A DNA stretch of 64,000 bases from Opitutales bacterium (GTDB taxonomy: Bacteria > Verrucomicrobiota > Verrucomicrobiia > Opitutales > UBA2987). Both the position numbers and the translations under genes were made by a program. The notes beneath the pieces are model-generated. The model worked only from the letters and a program-made list of their open reading frames with translations. It made no database searches and was not told the DNA's origin. Location: contig CBDDEL010000012.1 of NCBI GenBank assembly GCA_965226885.1, forward strand, positions 256,001 through 320,000, in the 5' to 3' direction. Each line of letters starts with the position of its first letter. Position 1 is the first letter of the stretch. This document shows positions 42,421 through 53,408 of the stretch, piece after piece.

Positions 42421-42969
42421 ATGAGCACGGATGCGCCAGGAAATTTGCCGGGAGAGGCCGCGGGGTTGAAATACGCGGTTGTGGCCGCGCGCTTCAATGG
42501 TGAGTTTGCCGATGCTCTGCTCAAAAACGTGGTCGAAAACCTGGAGACGGCGGGCGTTTCCCCGGATGACATCGAATGCATTCGGGTTCCCGGTTCGCAC
42601 GAGATTCCTTTTGCCATTTCCCTGCTGGCGGAAATCGATGAGCACGATTGCCTGATCGCTCTGGGCGTCCTCATCGGTGGAGACACCCAGCACCATGTCA
42701 TAGTGGGGAGCAATTCCGGATTGGAGTTGCAGCGCATCTCCACCGATTGCCAGATGCCGGTCATCAATGGCATCATTGTGGCGGAAAACCGGAAACAGGC
42801 GGCGGCCCGCACCAGCGGCTCAATCAACCGGGGAAGGGAATTTGCCCTGGCTGCGGTTGAAATGGCCTCGTTGAGAAAAAAGTTGGTGGAGCGTTTGAAT
42901 AGTAATGATAGGATGGGAAACGAAATTCCGAAGGCATGGGAAGAGGGCTCCGATATCTGGAAATCCTGA
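42421..42969 (+). CDS. ribH: 6,7-dimethyl-8-ribityllumazine synthase
   Basis: VAARFN, VPGSHEIP, LGVLIGGDTQH. Confidence 0.92.
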   Translation: MSTDAPGNLPGEAAGLKYAVVAARFNGEFADALLKNVVENLETAGVSPDDIECIRVPGSHEIPFAISLLAEIDEHDCLIALGVLIGGDTQHHVIVGSNSGLELQRISTDCQMPVINGIIVAENRKQAAARTSGSINRGREFALAAVEMASLRKKLVERLNSNDRMGNEIPKAWEEGSDIWKS

Positions 42970-42984
42970 CCAAGTAAATTTATC

Positions 42985-43422
42985 GTGAGTACCCGACGGG
43001 ACAACCGGATTGCCGCAATGCAATTCCTTTATATGTGGGATATCAACCCCTCAAGCAGCATTGAGTCGGTTATAGCGCAATTTTTTGGCGACCAGGAAAA
43101 GCCCAGGGATTATTATGTTTTTGCCGAAGAGCTGGTATTGGGAATCCATGAGCACATCGAAGAACTTGACGAGATTATCCGGGAATATGCACAAAACTGG
43201 GACTTTAAACGCATTGCCAAAATCGATCTGGCCATCCTCCGTCTGGCGATTTTCGAAATGCTCCACCGCCATGACGTACCGCCCATTGTATCCATAAACG
43301 AAGCCATCGATTTGAGCAAAATATTCTCCATTGAGGACGCCAAACGCTTCATCAATGGTATTCTCGACCAGTTTATACTGAAACTACATCGTCCTTTGCG
43401 AGAAGCCTCACCTGAGGAATAA
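42985..43422 (+). CDS. nusB: Transcription antitermination factor NusB
   Basis: IDLAILRLA, VSINEAIDL, FINGILD. Confidence 0.95.
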   Translation: MSTRRDNRIAAMQFLYMWDINPSSSIESVIAQFFGDQEKPRDYYVFAEELVLGIHEHIEELDEIIREYAQNWDFKRIAKIDLAILRLAIFEMLHRHDVPPIVSINEAIDLSKIFSIEDAKRFINGILDQFILKLHRPLREASPEE

Positions 43423-43470
43423 CCGCTATTGCTTAGGGTTAATTTTTATTTTTTTAAAAAGGTAGTATTG

Positions 43471-44403
43471 ATGCGCTCCCTATTTTCAAAATTCAAGGAG
43501 GGCCTCAAACGGACGACTCCTACTTTTTATCGGGTTTTCAGTGAAAGCGGAGGGATTTTTGGGAGCAAGACCCTGGACGCCGATTCCCTCAATGAATTGG
43601 AGGAGGCGCTCTACGGAGCGGACTTCGGCGTGGAAACCACGGCGGAAATTCTTGAAGAAATTGGGACTGCCCTGAAAAAAGAGAAGCAACTTCACGGCCT
43701 ACAGGCGGCCCGAATTGGGGCCACCGTTCTTAAACGAAGGATGGAGGGGGCCGAGGGGCGCCTGCCGTCGGCAGAGCATCATCCGGAGGTGATTTGCCTG
43801 GTGGGGGTCAATGGTTCAGGTAAAACCACCACGGCGGCAAAACTGGCCCATTATTTTGCCAAGGAGGGGCGCAGCGCGTTATTGGGGGCTTGCGATACTT
43901 TTCGGGCCGCCGCCAATGAACAGATAAAAATCTGGGCCCAGCGCCTGCATATCGACCTCGTGGCCAGCCATCACGGAGCCGATGCCGGGGCGGTGGCTTT
44001 CGACGCCTATCAGGCGGCGGCCAGCCGCGGGCGGCAAATTCTCATCCTCGACACTGCGGGCCGTCTGCACACCAAGGGCAACCTGATGGAGGAATTGAAA
44101 AAAATTCGCCGAGTCCTGCAAAAATTGAACGGAACCGCCCCGCACCACAGCTGGCTGGTGGTGGACGGCAGCCTGGGGACCAACTCGATCGAACAGGCGC
44201 GGGTCTTTCACCGGGATTTTGGCCTCAGCGGGCTGGTCATTACCAAGCTCGACGGCACCAGCCGCGGCGGCGCCTTGGCCGGAATTTATGGCGAACTCAA
44301 ATTGCCCATCTACTTTGTCGGCCTGGGCGAACAGATGGAGGATCTGGAACCCTTTTCGGTGGACACCTATGCCAAGGCCATTTTTGGTCTGGGGGAAGAA
44401 TGA
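43471..44403 (+). CDS. ftsY: SRP receptor FtsY
   Basis: GVNGSGKTTT, DTFRAAA, DTAGR, TKLDG. Confidence 0.96.
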   Translation: MRSLFSKFKEGLKRTTPTFYRVFSESGGIFGSKTLDADSLNELEEALYGADFGVETTAEILEEIGTALKKEKQLHGLQAARIGATVLKRRMEGAEGRLPSAEHHPEVICLVGVNGSGKTTTAAKLAHYFAKEGRSALLGACDTFRAAANEQIKIWAQRLHIDLVASHHGADAGAVAFDAYQAAASRGRQILILDTAGRLHTKGNLMEELKKIRRVLQKLNGTAPHHSWLVVDGSLGTNSIEQARVFHRDFGLSGLVITKLDGTSRGGALAGIYGELKLPIYFVGLGEQMEDLEPFSVDTYAKAIFGLGEE

Positions 44404-45494
44404 GCGCAATTCTGCAAGTTGAACTGGGCAAAAGAAGTTACCCCATCCATTTCGGCAGCCAAGTGGCCGCTACACTGCGCCGGGATATCGCTTCCCTAAA
44501 AGCGGAAGGCCGGCCGGTTGCCGCCGTCACGGATGAGAACATAAAAAGATGCCAAGGCGCTTATATTGCTGCGCTCGGGCCGGATTTGCCCACAATGGCG
44601 CTGCCGCCGGGTGAAAAGACCAAGTCGTTCGCCCATTTGGAGGAAATCTGCGAATTCCTGGCCCATAAAAAACTCGATCGCGACAGTTGCCTTTTGGCCA
44701 TCGGCGGAGGCGTGGTGGGAGACCTGACCGGTTTCGCGGCAGCCAGTTTTCTGCGCGGTATCGATTATTGCCAGGTACCCACCACTCTACTGGCCATGGT
44801 AGACAGTTCGGTGGGGGGAAAGACGGGAATCAACCTGGCGGCGGGAAAAAACCTGGCCGGGGCCTTTCATCAGCCAAGAGCGGTTTATATTGATACGTTC
44901 TTTCTGGAAACTCTACCCCCGAGGGAGTTTGCGGCCGGAATGGCCGAGATAATCAAAACTGCGCTGCTGGCGGACCATTCACTTTTTGACCAACTACAAT
45001 CAATGGGCAAACTGAATCCGACAAGCCCGCAACTGCCAGGGATCATTCGCCGCTGCTGCGAAATCAAGGCCGGTATCGTGGCGGAAGACGAAGAGGAAAG
45101 AGCCTCCCAAGGTGGTCGCGCCCTTCTCAATTTGGGGCACACCTTTGCCCACGCCATCGAGGCGGTGACCGGCTATGGCAGTTACCTCCACGGGGAAGCG
45201 GTTGGGCTGGGCCTGGTTCTGGCGGCGCGACTTTCGCAAAAACTGGGGCTCCTCAGTGAAAGTGATGTCGCCCATGTCAGGAAGGCGGTGGCTGTCTATG
45301 GTTTACCCATCCAATTGTCCGATCCTCTGCCAGCATCGGCGCTTTGCGAGGCCATGAAACGGGACAAAAAAGTCCGTGGGGGGGAGGTGCGCTTCGTCAT
45401 CCTGTCGAGCCTCGGAAACGCGAAGACCGAAAATGGCATTCCGGAAGAATTGTGGCGTAAATTGTGGATTGAAGCCGGGGCCGATAACCACTAA
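44400..45494 (+). CDS. aroB: 3-dehydroquinate synthase
   Basis: GGGVVGD, PTTLLAMVDSSVGGKT, LNLGHTFAHAIE. Confidence 0.96.
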   Translation: MSAILQVELGKRSYPIHFGSQVAATLRRDIASLKAEGRPVAAVTDENIKRCQGAYIAALGPDLPTMALPPGEKTKSFAHLEEICEFLAHKKLDRDSCLLAIGGGVVGDLTGFAAASFLRGIDYCQVPTTLLAMVDSSVGGKTGINLAAGKNLAGAFHQPRAVYIDTFFLETLPPREFAAGMAEIIKTALLADHSLFDQLQSMGKLNPTSPQLPGIIRRCCEIKAGIVAEDEEERASQGGRALLNLGHTFAHAIEAVTGYGSYLHGEAVGLGLVLAARLSQKLGLLSESDVAHVRKAVAVYGLPIQLSDPLPASALCEAMKRDKKVRGGEVRFVILSSLGNAKTENGIPEELWRKLWIEAGADNH

Positions 45495-45576
45495 ATTAAG
45501 CGCAATTAAATAATTAAATAAACCCGGGGACCGGAAAAGGATTTATTTTTCCCGCTCCCCAGTAAATATCTATTCC

Positions 45577-46191
45577 ATGGCCGGATTTGACGAAAATATT
45601 GTGCGCGAATACTTCGAATTGCACGGATTCCTGGTGCGGCAGTTGCGCAAGTACCAAGTGCAGTCGCGCAAAAAACTGGCCGAGGAAGAGATCGACCTGC
45701 TGGTTTACAACCCGGCTTTTGTAAAAGGCGAGCGCTCCCCCGATTTTCTACTTTTTTCGAGCGAATTGCCATACATTCACCGGGCAGTGGTGGTTGTAAA
45801 GGGCTGGCACTCGACCCTGCGATTCAATCCTTCGACCCTCAAAAGCAGTTCCGAGATTTTCCGCTTCCTGGAGCGAACGGTGTTGAAGCAGGCCGAAAAA
45901 CTGTTTCAGGTGAATCCCGAGGAGTTGGAAAATGTGGCCGAAATGCTCAAGATCCTGGTTTTGCCGGGCTTGCCCACGGCGGAACCGCATCGCTCCGAAA
46001 GTATTCGACTGCTCAAGGAACACGGGGTGGACGGGATTATCTCATTTCGCTCCATGCTACAGGACATTCTAAAAAAAGTGGAGACCAATTTGAACTATTC
46101 AAAATCCGACACCCTGCAAATCCTCCGCATATTAAAAAACTACGATCTGGTAAAAGACCCTCAATTGGAGTTGTTCGACCGTAATCGTTAA
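45577..46191 (+). CDS. Hypothetical protein, possible PD-(D/E)xK nuclease fold
   Basis: E..VREYFE..GF, EIDLLV, VVVVKGW. Confidence 0.65.
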   Translation: MAGFDENIVREYFELHGFLVRQLRKYQVQSRKKLAEEEIDLLVYNPAFVKGERSPDFLLFSSELPYIHRAVVVVKGWHSTLRFNPSTLKSSSEIFRFLERTVLKQAEKLFQVNPEELENVAEMLKILVLPGLPTAEPHRSESIRLLKEHGVDGIISFRSMLQDILKKVETNLNYSKSDTLQILRILKNYDLVKDPQLELFDRNR

Positions 46192-46224
46192 GCCTGGGAA
46201 GGGAAAAACCACTGGCCTGCGTTC

Positions 46225-47172
46225 ATGAAAAAAATTGCTATCACCTGCGGAGATCCCGCCGGCATCGGCCCGGAAGTGATCGCCTCGTGGCTGGATTTAA
46301 ACAAAGGCAGGGACGAGGACAAGACGCCGCAAATGGTCCTGCTGGGGCCCAGTATATGGTTGCAGAATTTGGGTCCTTCACCCACTTTGGAAAAAACGCC
46401 GGTGGGACCGCCCGATTACGAGGCCACTCCGGGCCAACCCGATGTGGATGGAGCGCGGGTTGCTATGGAGGCACTGGAGAAAGCGGCCCAAGGCTGCCGG
46501 GATGGGCGATTCGAGGCAGTGGTAACCGCCCCCACCAGCAAGGAATGGATGAAAAAAGCGGGATTCCAATTCTTAGGACATACTGAATTTTTTGCCGACC
46601 GCTGGGGCGGAGATGCGGTCATGGCATTTGCGGGGGGCAGAATGAAGGTGGTCCTGGCTACGAGGCATATTCCTCTAGGGAAAGTGGTCTCCCATTTAAC
46701 CGAAGACATCCTGAAAAAAACCATGGTGCAGGCGGAGCGGCTGGCCCGCTGCCTAGGTTCGAAATTGCCCAAAATCGGTGTTTGCGGGCTCAATCCCCAC
46801 GCTGGCGAAAACGGAATATTGGGAACCGAGGAACTGGAATTTATCGATCCGGTATTGGCCCGATTGCGCTCACATATTCCAGGACTTTCAGCCTGCCAGC
46901 CAGCCGACACCTTGTTCTGGAGACATCTTGAGGGCGATTTCGATGTCGTTGTCGCCCTTTATCACGACCAGGGATTGGGGCCGCTCAAAGCCGTTGATTT
47001 TCGCGCTGCAGTAAACATTACCCTGGGGCTTCCGTGGATTCGGACGAGCACCTCGCATGGAACCGCATTCCCTATCGCGGGTCGTGGAATAGCGGACCCT
47101 AAAAGTATAGGAAATGCCATCAAAATGGCGCTCAAACTTTCAGGGAGCGGGTATTGCGCCCCCACTACATGA
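46225..47172 (+). CDS. pdxA: 4-hydroxythreonine-4-phosphate dehydrogenase
   Basis: GDPAGIGPE, GHTEF, GLNPHAGE, YHDQG, RTSTSHGTA. Confidence 0.95.
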   Translation: MKKIAITCGDPAGIGPEVIASWLDLNKGRDEDKTPQMVLLGPSIWLQNLGPSPTLEKTPVGPPDYEATPGQPDVDGARVAMEALEKAAQGCRDGRFEAVVTAPTSKEWMKKAGFQFLGHTEFFADRWGGDAVMAFAGGRMKVVLATRHIPLGKVVSHLTEDILKKTMVQAERLARCLGSKLPKIGVCGLNPHAGENGILGTEELEFIDPVLARLRSHIPGLSACQPADTLFWRHLEGDFDVVVALYHDQGLGPLKAVDFRAAVNITLGLPWIRTSTSHGTAFPIAGRGIADPKSIGNAIKMALKLSGSGYCAPTT

Positions 47173-47233
47173 GTTGCAAAGTCATTGCCAAATGTTGAAG
47201 TAGTCGATATATATGCTGGTTTATTAAAAAATT

Positions 47234-47611
47234 ATGACTGAAACGATTTCCATCGACCTTCCCGAAGGCGTCCGCCTGGGCAATGAGAACCTGATCCTGG
47301 TCACGGATCTGGCGGGGAAAAAACTGCTCAACCTGGCCGAGCGGGAAAACCAGGGCAACCTCTTGCGGGTGGCCATTACGGGGGGCGGCTGCAATGGTTT
47401 GTCCTACCGTTTGAAGTTTGTCGAATCGCCCAGGCGGGGAGACATATTGGTGCATTCGAGCGGGGTGCGCATCCTGGTCGATAGCAAAAGCGCTCTCTAT
47501 CTAAAAGGCACGGAACTCGACTACTCCACGCGCCTCATCTCGGGCGGCTTTAAATTTTCAAATCCAAATGCCACAAGCAGCTGTTCCTGTGGAGAAAGCT
47601 TCAGTATTTAA
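47234..47611 (+). CDS. HesB/IscA-family Fe-S assembly protein
   Basis: GGGCNGLSY, NPNA-SSCSCGESF. Confidence 0.93.
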   Translation: MTETISIDLPEGVRLGNENLILVTDLAGKKLLNLAERENQGNLLRVAITGGGCNGLSYRLKFVESPRRGDILVHSSGVRILVDSKSALYLKGTELDYSTRLISGGFKFSNPNATSSCSCGESFSI

Positions 47612-47676
47612 CGATTGCGCTCCCGCCCCTGTCAAAAATGGCATCCCTGTCGTCTGGCTCATAGCGGAAATATCCA

Positions 47677-49172
47677 ATGCTCGGACGTAAAAAGAAATAT
47701 TTGGAAAACCTCAGCTTCGGCATCGATATTTTTGCCGGGACAGTCCTTTTAGGGGTAATATACCTGTTTCTACTTCATTTTGGAGCTGCCTGGGAAACAT
47801 TTCTGTTCACCGTAACCGGGTATCCTTTTTACATCCAGAGCGTTTCCCACCTGGCCGATGAAAAATGGATTTTTCTGGTCATTCTTTTCAATCTATTCGC
47901 CTCGCTTCGGCTCAACCGATATTATCAGGTCAACCTCTTTGCGGATTGGCTGGAAGTGCTCTTTCAGTCCTTTAAAAGCATCGCCATCGGGGTGGGCATG
48001 ATAACGATTTTCTTTTATTTTTTCTCCTACCAAAGTTTCAACCGTTCCCTCCTGTTCGGATTTGCCGGCATTTTTTTTGCCTACCATATACTCAACCTAC
48101 CATATACTCAAGGAACTGGGGTTGCGCCGTTACCTGATCGATTATTACGAGCGGAAACCATTGGAGGCTGTACTGGTCTGCTCCCGTGGGGAATTAAGCG
48201 ATAAATTGACGGAATTCGAGGAACGCCGGCAATCGAGTGTGCTCATAAAAGGAGCCATCCTGATCAGGGATAAAGAAGAGGAAAGCGTGGCCGGGGCCGA
48301 TGCTCCAGTGCCTATTCTGGGTGAGATAGCCGATATTAGCGCCATCCTCTCCCAAGGTCGTTTTGATTTGGTTTTTCTGGTCGCATCAGACCCGCAATGC
48401 GAAAGGAGCATTCTCAGAATGGCCGAAGAGCAAGGAATAGAGGTCTGGTTTTTTACAGATTTCATATCGCCACTACTGGCCCGGCCGGAAGTTGACGAAT
48501 TCGGGGGAAAACCAGTTATCGTTTACCGCACGACTTCCCATTACGAAGGAAAATTGTTGGCCAAAAGGGCTGTCGATATTTTTCTTTCTTGCTTTCTTCT
48601 GATCCTTACCAGTCCGATTTTTCTGATCGTTTCCCTGATCATAAAAATTAAAACGCATGGCCCGGTTTATTATGTGCAGGAACGAACGGGGCTGCGCGGC
48701 CAGGTTTTCAGGATGTTTAAATTCCGCACCATGCTGCCCGGAGCGGAAGAGCAGTTGGAACAGTTGAAAGGCCAAAACGAGATGAAAGGCCCGGTTTTCA
48801 AATCCGCTGAGGACCCACGGATCACTTCGGTCGGAAAATTTCTGCGGCGCTACAGTCTGGATGAGTTGCCGCAGCTCTGCAATGTGCTTAAAGGACAAAT
48901 GAGCCTAGTGGGGCCGCGCCCTCTGCCCGTTTACGAAACGAGGAATTTCGAGGCATTTAAAGACCACCGCCGTTACAGTGTCTTGCCCGGTCTGACTGGT
49001 CTGTGGCAGGTTTCCGGCCGCAGCCAAATAGAGGATTTTTCCGAATGGGTACAACTGGATCGAATGGGTACAACTGGATCTGGAGTACATCGATTCGTGG
49101 AGCCTGTGGCTGGATTTTGTCATCCTGATGCGCACCATTCCGGTAGTATTGCGGGGAGAAGGGGCAACGTAA
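47677..49172 (+). pseudogene. Polyprenyl glycosylphosphotransferase (WcaJ-like) with two frameshifting duplications
   Basis: KFRTM, DELPQL-NVLKG-MSLVGPRP, PGLTGLWQV; removing the 16-nt and 19-nt extra copies yields one 486-aa ORF ending LDLEYIDSWSLWLD...GAT*. Confidence 0.9.
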
Positions 49173-49368
49173 GATTAATCGGAGAAACCGGCGGGCATTT
49201 TCTTGAAAAAAAGGTTGTAATACAACGCGATTAAGGCATTACTGATTGGCTATACTGCATGGTAATGAATGGAAATTTTTGCACTTGGCTCACAATGTTA
49301 CTGAGGAAATTCAAGAGAATTCGCTCGTTCGGAGCGGTTATTTGAATTGAACCGTCGATAATTCCTGG

Positions 49369-49968
49369 ATGGCAAAATTTCCTAGATCGGGCGGCCGATA
49401 TAAGGGCAGACGCCCCTTCAAACAAAGGCTGCGCAAAAATGAGCGTATTCGCGTTCGGGAGGTCAGGCTGATCGGCCCTGATGCCAGGCAGATCGGTATC
49501 GTTCCCACGGTAGACGCCCTCAGGATGGCCAAGCAGTATGGCCTCGACTTGGTGGAAATTTCCCCCACCGCCCGGCCGCCGGTTTGCCGTATTCTCGATT
49601 TCGGGAAATACAAATACGAACAGTCCAAAAAAGGTAAAGACACTAAACCGACGGGCTCTAAAATCAAGGAGGTCAAGCTCAGGGTGCGCATTGAGCAGCA
49701 CGATTATATGGTCAAACTGCGCCGGGCAGAGCAATTTTTGGACAAGGGCTTTAAGGTCAAGCTCACCCTCTCTTTTCGGGGCCGGGAAAATGAGCATAAG
49801 GATCTTGGCTTCGTCGTTATCAACCGAGCGGTGGCCGACCTCAAGCACATAGGGACTCCCGACTCCGAACCCAGGTTGGCCGGGCGGAGCGTAATCCTTA
49901 TAGTAAGTCCTCTTCCTGAGAACAAACGCAAGTTAATATACAACGAACCGCACGAAGAGGTCGAGTAG
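49369..49968 (+). CDS. infC: Translation initiation factor IF-3
   Basis: [37 protein letters not shown], FRGRE. Confidence 0.95.
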   Translation: [199 protein letters not shown]

Positions 49969-49969
49969 G

Positions 49970-51025
49970 GTGTTCCAATTGTGCAGAATATTGGGCCGCA
50001 TCGGGCGGCCTGATTCGTTTGCCCGCCATCTGTCTTCCACTATTCCCACAGTATTCGTTTTAATTTTCCTGGCCGGGTTGGCCGCCCCGTTGGAACAAGT
50101 CCAGGCCAATCTGAAAATGGGCGGCGTGGACTACCTGAGCCTCAAGTCCACGGCAGAGTATTTCGGGATGAAACACACCTGGGCCGTCCGCGGTCAAAAA
50201 CTTGCCCTGAGCAGCGATTGGACGAGGTTGGAATTCGATTCCGACCGGCGCTATTTTCTGATGAACGGAAGAAAGGTTTATCTCGGTTTTGCCATAACCC
50301 GCCATCGCTCCGACCTTTACCTGAGCCGAACCGATTTCGAGAAAACGCTTAAACCCCTATTGACCCCCCAGGCTTTTACGCCTGTGCCCAAGCTGTTTCG
50401 AATCGTTATCGATCCGGGGCATGGCGGGAAAGACCCGGGAACCCAAAACAGCAAAAAGGGATTGAAAGAAAAAACGGTCGTGCTGGATATTTCCAAGAGG
50501 CTGCAAACGATTCTCAAGAAGCAGGGTTACGATGTTATTTTAACCCGCCAGTCCGACCAATTCATCGATTTGGCCCGACGGCCTGCCCTGGCCAATAGCA
50601 AAAAAGCCGACTTATTCATTAGCGTGCATGCCAACGCGGCCGGTTCGTCACAAGTAAAAGGTGTTGAGACTTTTATTTTCACCCTGCAAAATCAACCCTC
50701 AAGCCGCAACTCCGGTCTTCAGACGGCGGACCGCAGGGCTTATCCTGGCAATCGCTACGACCCATGGAACGCCCTCATCGGATTCTATGTCCAACGTCAG
50801 GCAGTGAAAGACCTGATGGCAACGGATCGCGGTTTAAAACGAGCCCGCATGGCGGTACTGAAAACCTTGAATTGCCCCGGCCTGTTGGTGGAAACCGGAT
50901 TTTTTACAAATTCAGCCGAAGCCGGCAAACTACAAACACCGGCCTACCGGCAAAAAATTGCCCAGTCCATTGCCAACGGCATTCTCCAATACCAAAAAAC
51001 CCTCAATCTTTTGCGGGGAAAATAA
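49970..51025 (+). CDS. N-acetylmuramoyl-L-alanine amidase (Amidase_3)
   Basis: IDPGHGGKDPG, FISVHANA, LVETGF. Confidence 0.92.
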   Translation: MFQLCRILGRIGRPDSFARHLSSTIPTVFVLIFLAGLAAPLEQVQANLKMGGVDYLSLKSTAEYFGMKHTWAVRGQKLALSSDWTRLEFDSDRRYFLMNGRKVYLGFAITRHRSDLYLSRTDFEKTLKPLLTPQAFTPVPKLFRIVIDPGHGGKDPGTQNSKKGLKEKTVVLDISKRLQTILKKQGYDVILTRQSDQFIDLARRPALANSKKADLFISVHANAAGSSQVKGVETFIFTLQNQPSSRNSGLQTADRRAYPGNRYDPWNALIGFYVQRQAVKDLMATDRGLKRARMAVLKTLNCPGLLVETGFFTNSAEAGKLQTPAYRQKIAQSIANGILQYQKTLNLLRGK

Positions 51026-51039
51026 CACATTTTGCCTCC

Positions 51040-52654
51040 ATGTGGCGATTTTTGGCCATCATTTGCATTTTAGGTCCAGGCCTTTCAACCGGACTCGCCC
51101 AGGCCCAATCCGCCGCCAGATCGGTTGTGGTGGTGGCCAACCAGACCGACCCGGATACGGTCTCTCTGGCGCGTTACTACATGGAAAAAAGAGGCATTCC
51201 GACGGTCAACCTGATCGAGGTGGAAGCGCCCGCCGAGGACGCCATTGACTGGAAAACTTATATTGACGCTATCCATAACCCGCTTCTGAGAGCTTTGGTC
51301 AAAAACGGCTGGATAGACGCGGTGGCGACAAAATTAAAGGATGACAATGGCCGCCTGCGCTATGGTATCCTTGGGCACTCGATCAGTTATCTGGTTGTTT
51401 GCCGGGGGCTTCCCCTGAAGATTCGAAATGAACCGGCCTGGGTTAATGATTCCATCGATCAAAACCAGGACAGCCGATTCCTGACCAATCGGGGCAGCGT
51501 CGATTCAGAACTGTCCCTGCTGCCGGTCTCCCCCTACCCGATTACCGGCTGGATGCCCAACCCGCTTTTTCTCAAGAAAAAATTTTCGTTTCCAGATGAT
51601 CAAAAGGTATTGAAAGTCTCGCGCCTGGACGGCCCCACTTTATCCAGCGCAAAAGCCTTGGTGGACAATGCCCTGCGAGCGGAAAAGGAAGGTTTGATGG
51701 GGCGCGCTTATATTGACAATGGGGGGTCTCACGAAATTGGCAATGAATGGCTGCGTGATTTGACCTCAGAGCTGGAAAAAACCGGCTTCGACTTGCAAAT
51801 TGAAAATACTCAGCAGGTTTTCGGACCCGAAGCCCGTTTTGATGCGCCAGCCCTTTATTTCGGATGGTACAGCAGAAACATCACCGGGCCCTTCTTAAAC
51901 CCCGGCTTTTACTTTCCGCCGGGGGCGATTGCCGCTCATATCCACAGTTTCTCCGCTTCAACCCTGTCCGATCCGTCGCGCTACTGGTGCGGGCCCCTGG
52001 TCATGCGGGGCGCCACGGCCACATTCGGCAATGTATGGGAACCCTATTTGAGGTTCACCCACCATCCCAACGAATTCTTCAAAGCCCTCCTCGAGGGCCG
52101 GAATCTAGGCGATGCCGCCTACTATGCCCTGCCAGCTCTCAGTTGGCAGGCGGTTCTGATTGGCGATCCCCTTTATCAGACCCTTCAAATTTTCACTCCA
52201 GCGGCAACTGGATAACCTTGATGCCGACAACCTGCCGCTCGGCCAATACGCGGTCATCCGCAAAATGCGGCTCTTGCGGGCGGAAGGCGACTTTGCGGAA
52301 GCTCTTAGCCAAGGGGCCAAAGGGTTTCGCAAAAGCCCCGGACTGGCCCTCGGCCTGGAATTGGGGAAAACCTACCTCGCATCCGGAAAAAAGGCGACGG
52401 CTCTGGATACACTACGCATCGGCGTTTACATCCATCATTTTTCCAACAACGACTGGCTGCCGGCCAAAGAAATTGCCGACCTTCTGGTGCAAAACGGTGA
52501 TGCGGTATCCGGCCTCCAGATTTATAAAAACCTCATTTTAAGCAAAGGATTGCCCAGCCCACTGTTTAAAAAATTCCTCTACGATGGCGCCCAGACGGCA
52601 AAATTAAATGGAGACCTCCTCCTGGCCGCCAAATGGAATGCCCTTCTTAAATGA
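51040..52654 (+). pseudogene. TIGR03790-family protein, +1 frameshift near 52175
   Basis: SVDSEL, SRLDGP, YFGWY, GAIAAHIHSFSA, GNVWEPYL; GDPLY|RPF split by one extra base. Confidence 0.78.
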
Positions 52655-52726
52655 AAGCGTACCCAAACAGGTGGGCTAAATAGAATGGATGGGTGGCGCC
52701 GCTGCCGATCTTGATTGAATATACGC

Positions 52727-53191
52727 TCAGCGTTTGAATCTATTGCTCAAATCCTGTGACAATACAAAATCATTATTGGAGAGTAGGGCGGTTTCATTGA
52801 CGGCGGGGCCAAAAATGTCGAGATGACTGAATTCCCGGGAGGAAATCCGCCCAATAGTTACTGACCCGACATGCGCTTTGAGGTGTACGCGGACGCCAAC
52901 GCAACGCTTTTCGATCCACTCATTCAATGCCTCGCGCATACCGTCCAGAAACGCGACCGGGTTTTGCAATTCCTCCGGATCGAAGATAACGAGTATGGCA
53001 TCGCCCATAAATTTAATAATTTTGCCATTGCCATGAGAAATGATCGCTTCCGCGCAGTCATAAAATTCCTGCATGAACAGAAACAATTCCGATGATGTAA
53101 TTTTTAGCACGATATTTTTGTGAAAACCTGCAATATCAAGAAATACGATGATGTATTCCCCCTGCGCCGGAAGTTTGTCCGGGATTTTCAT
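52727..53191 (-). CDS. Small class III nucleotide-cyclase-like protein
   Basis: VFLDIAGF, IKFMGDAIL, HVG, DIFGPAVN. Confidence 0.78.
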   Translation of the reverse strand: MKIPDKLPAQGEYIIVFLDIAGFHKNIVLKITSSELFLFMQEFYDCAEAIISHGNGKIIKFMGDAILVIFDPEELQNPVAFLDGMREALNEWIEKRCVGVRVHLKAHVGSVTIGRISSREFSHLDIFGPAVNETALLSNNDFVLSQDLSNRFKR

Positions 53192-53334
53192 TAATTATCT
53201 TAAACCCAAAGTTCAGATTACAGGAGCAAAAGCAGGGGCGCTTTCCCGGCTCTTGCCATAATAAGGTAGAATATTCACTCCATTGGAATACGAAATGGCA
53301 ATCTTATTACTTATACAACAAGTACTTACAAAAT

Positions 53335-53408
53335 TGGTGCGGGCACTCGGAATCGAACCGAGGACACCAGCTTGGAAGGCTGGGGTTTTACCGCTAAACT
53401 ATGCCCGC
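53335..53408 (-). tRNA. tRNA-Gly (TCC)
   Basis: GCGGGCATAGTTTAGCGGTAAAA-CCCAGC-CTTCCAA-GCTGG-TGTC-CTCGGTTCGATTCCGAG-TGCCCGC-ACCA cloverleaf with encoded CCA. Confidence 0.96.

Noticed and set aside
50764..51039. N-terminal extensions in the ORF track (TIGR03790, ppx, pgi, PQQ dehydrogenase)
   Set aside because: They overlap upstream genes or precede better start codons and signal peptides.
53192..53334. Integrative element attached at the tRNA-Gly 3' end
   Set aside because: No integrase and no duplicated tRNA 3' end seen in the window.
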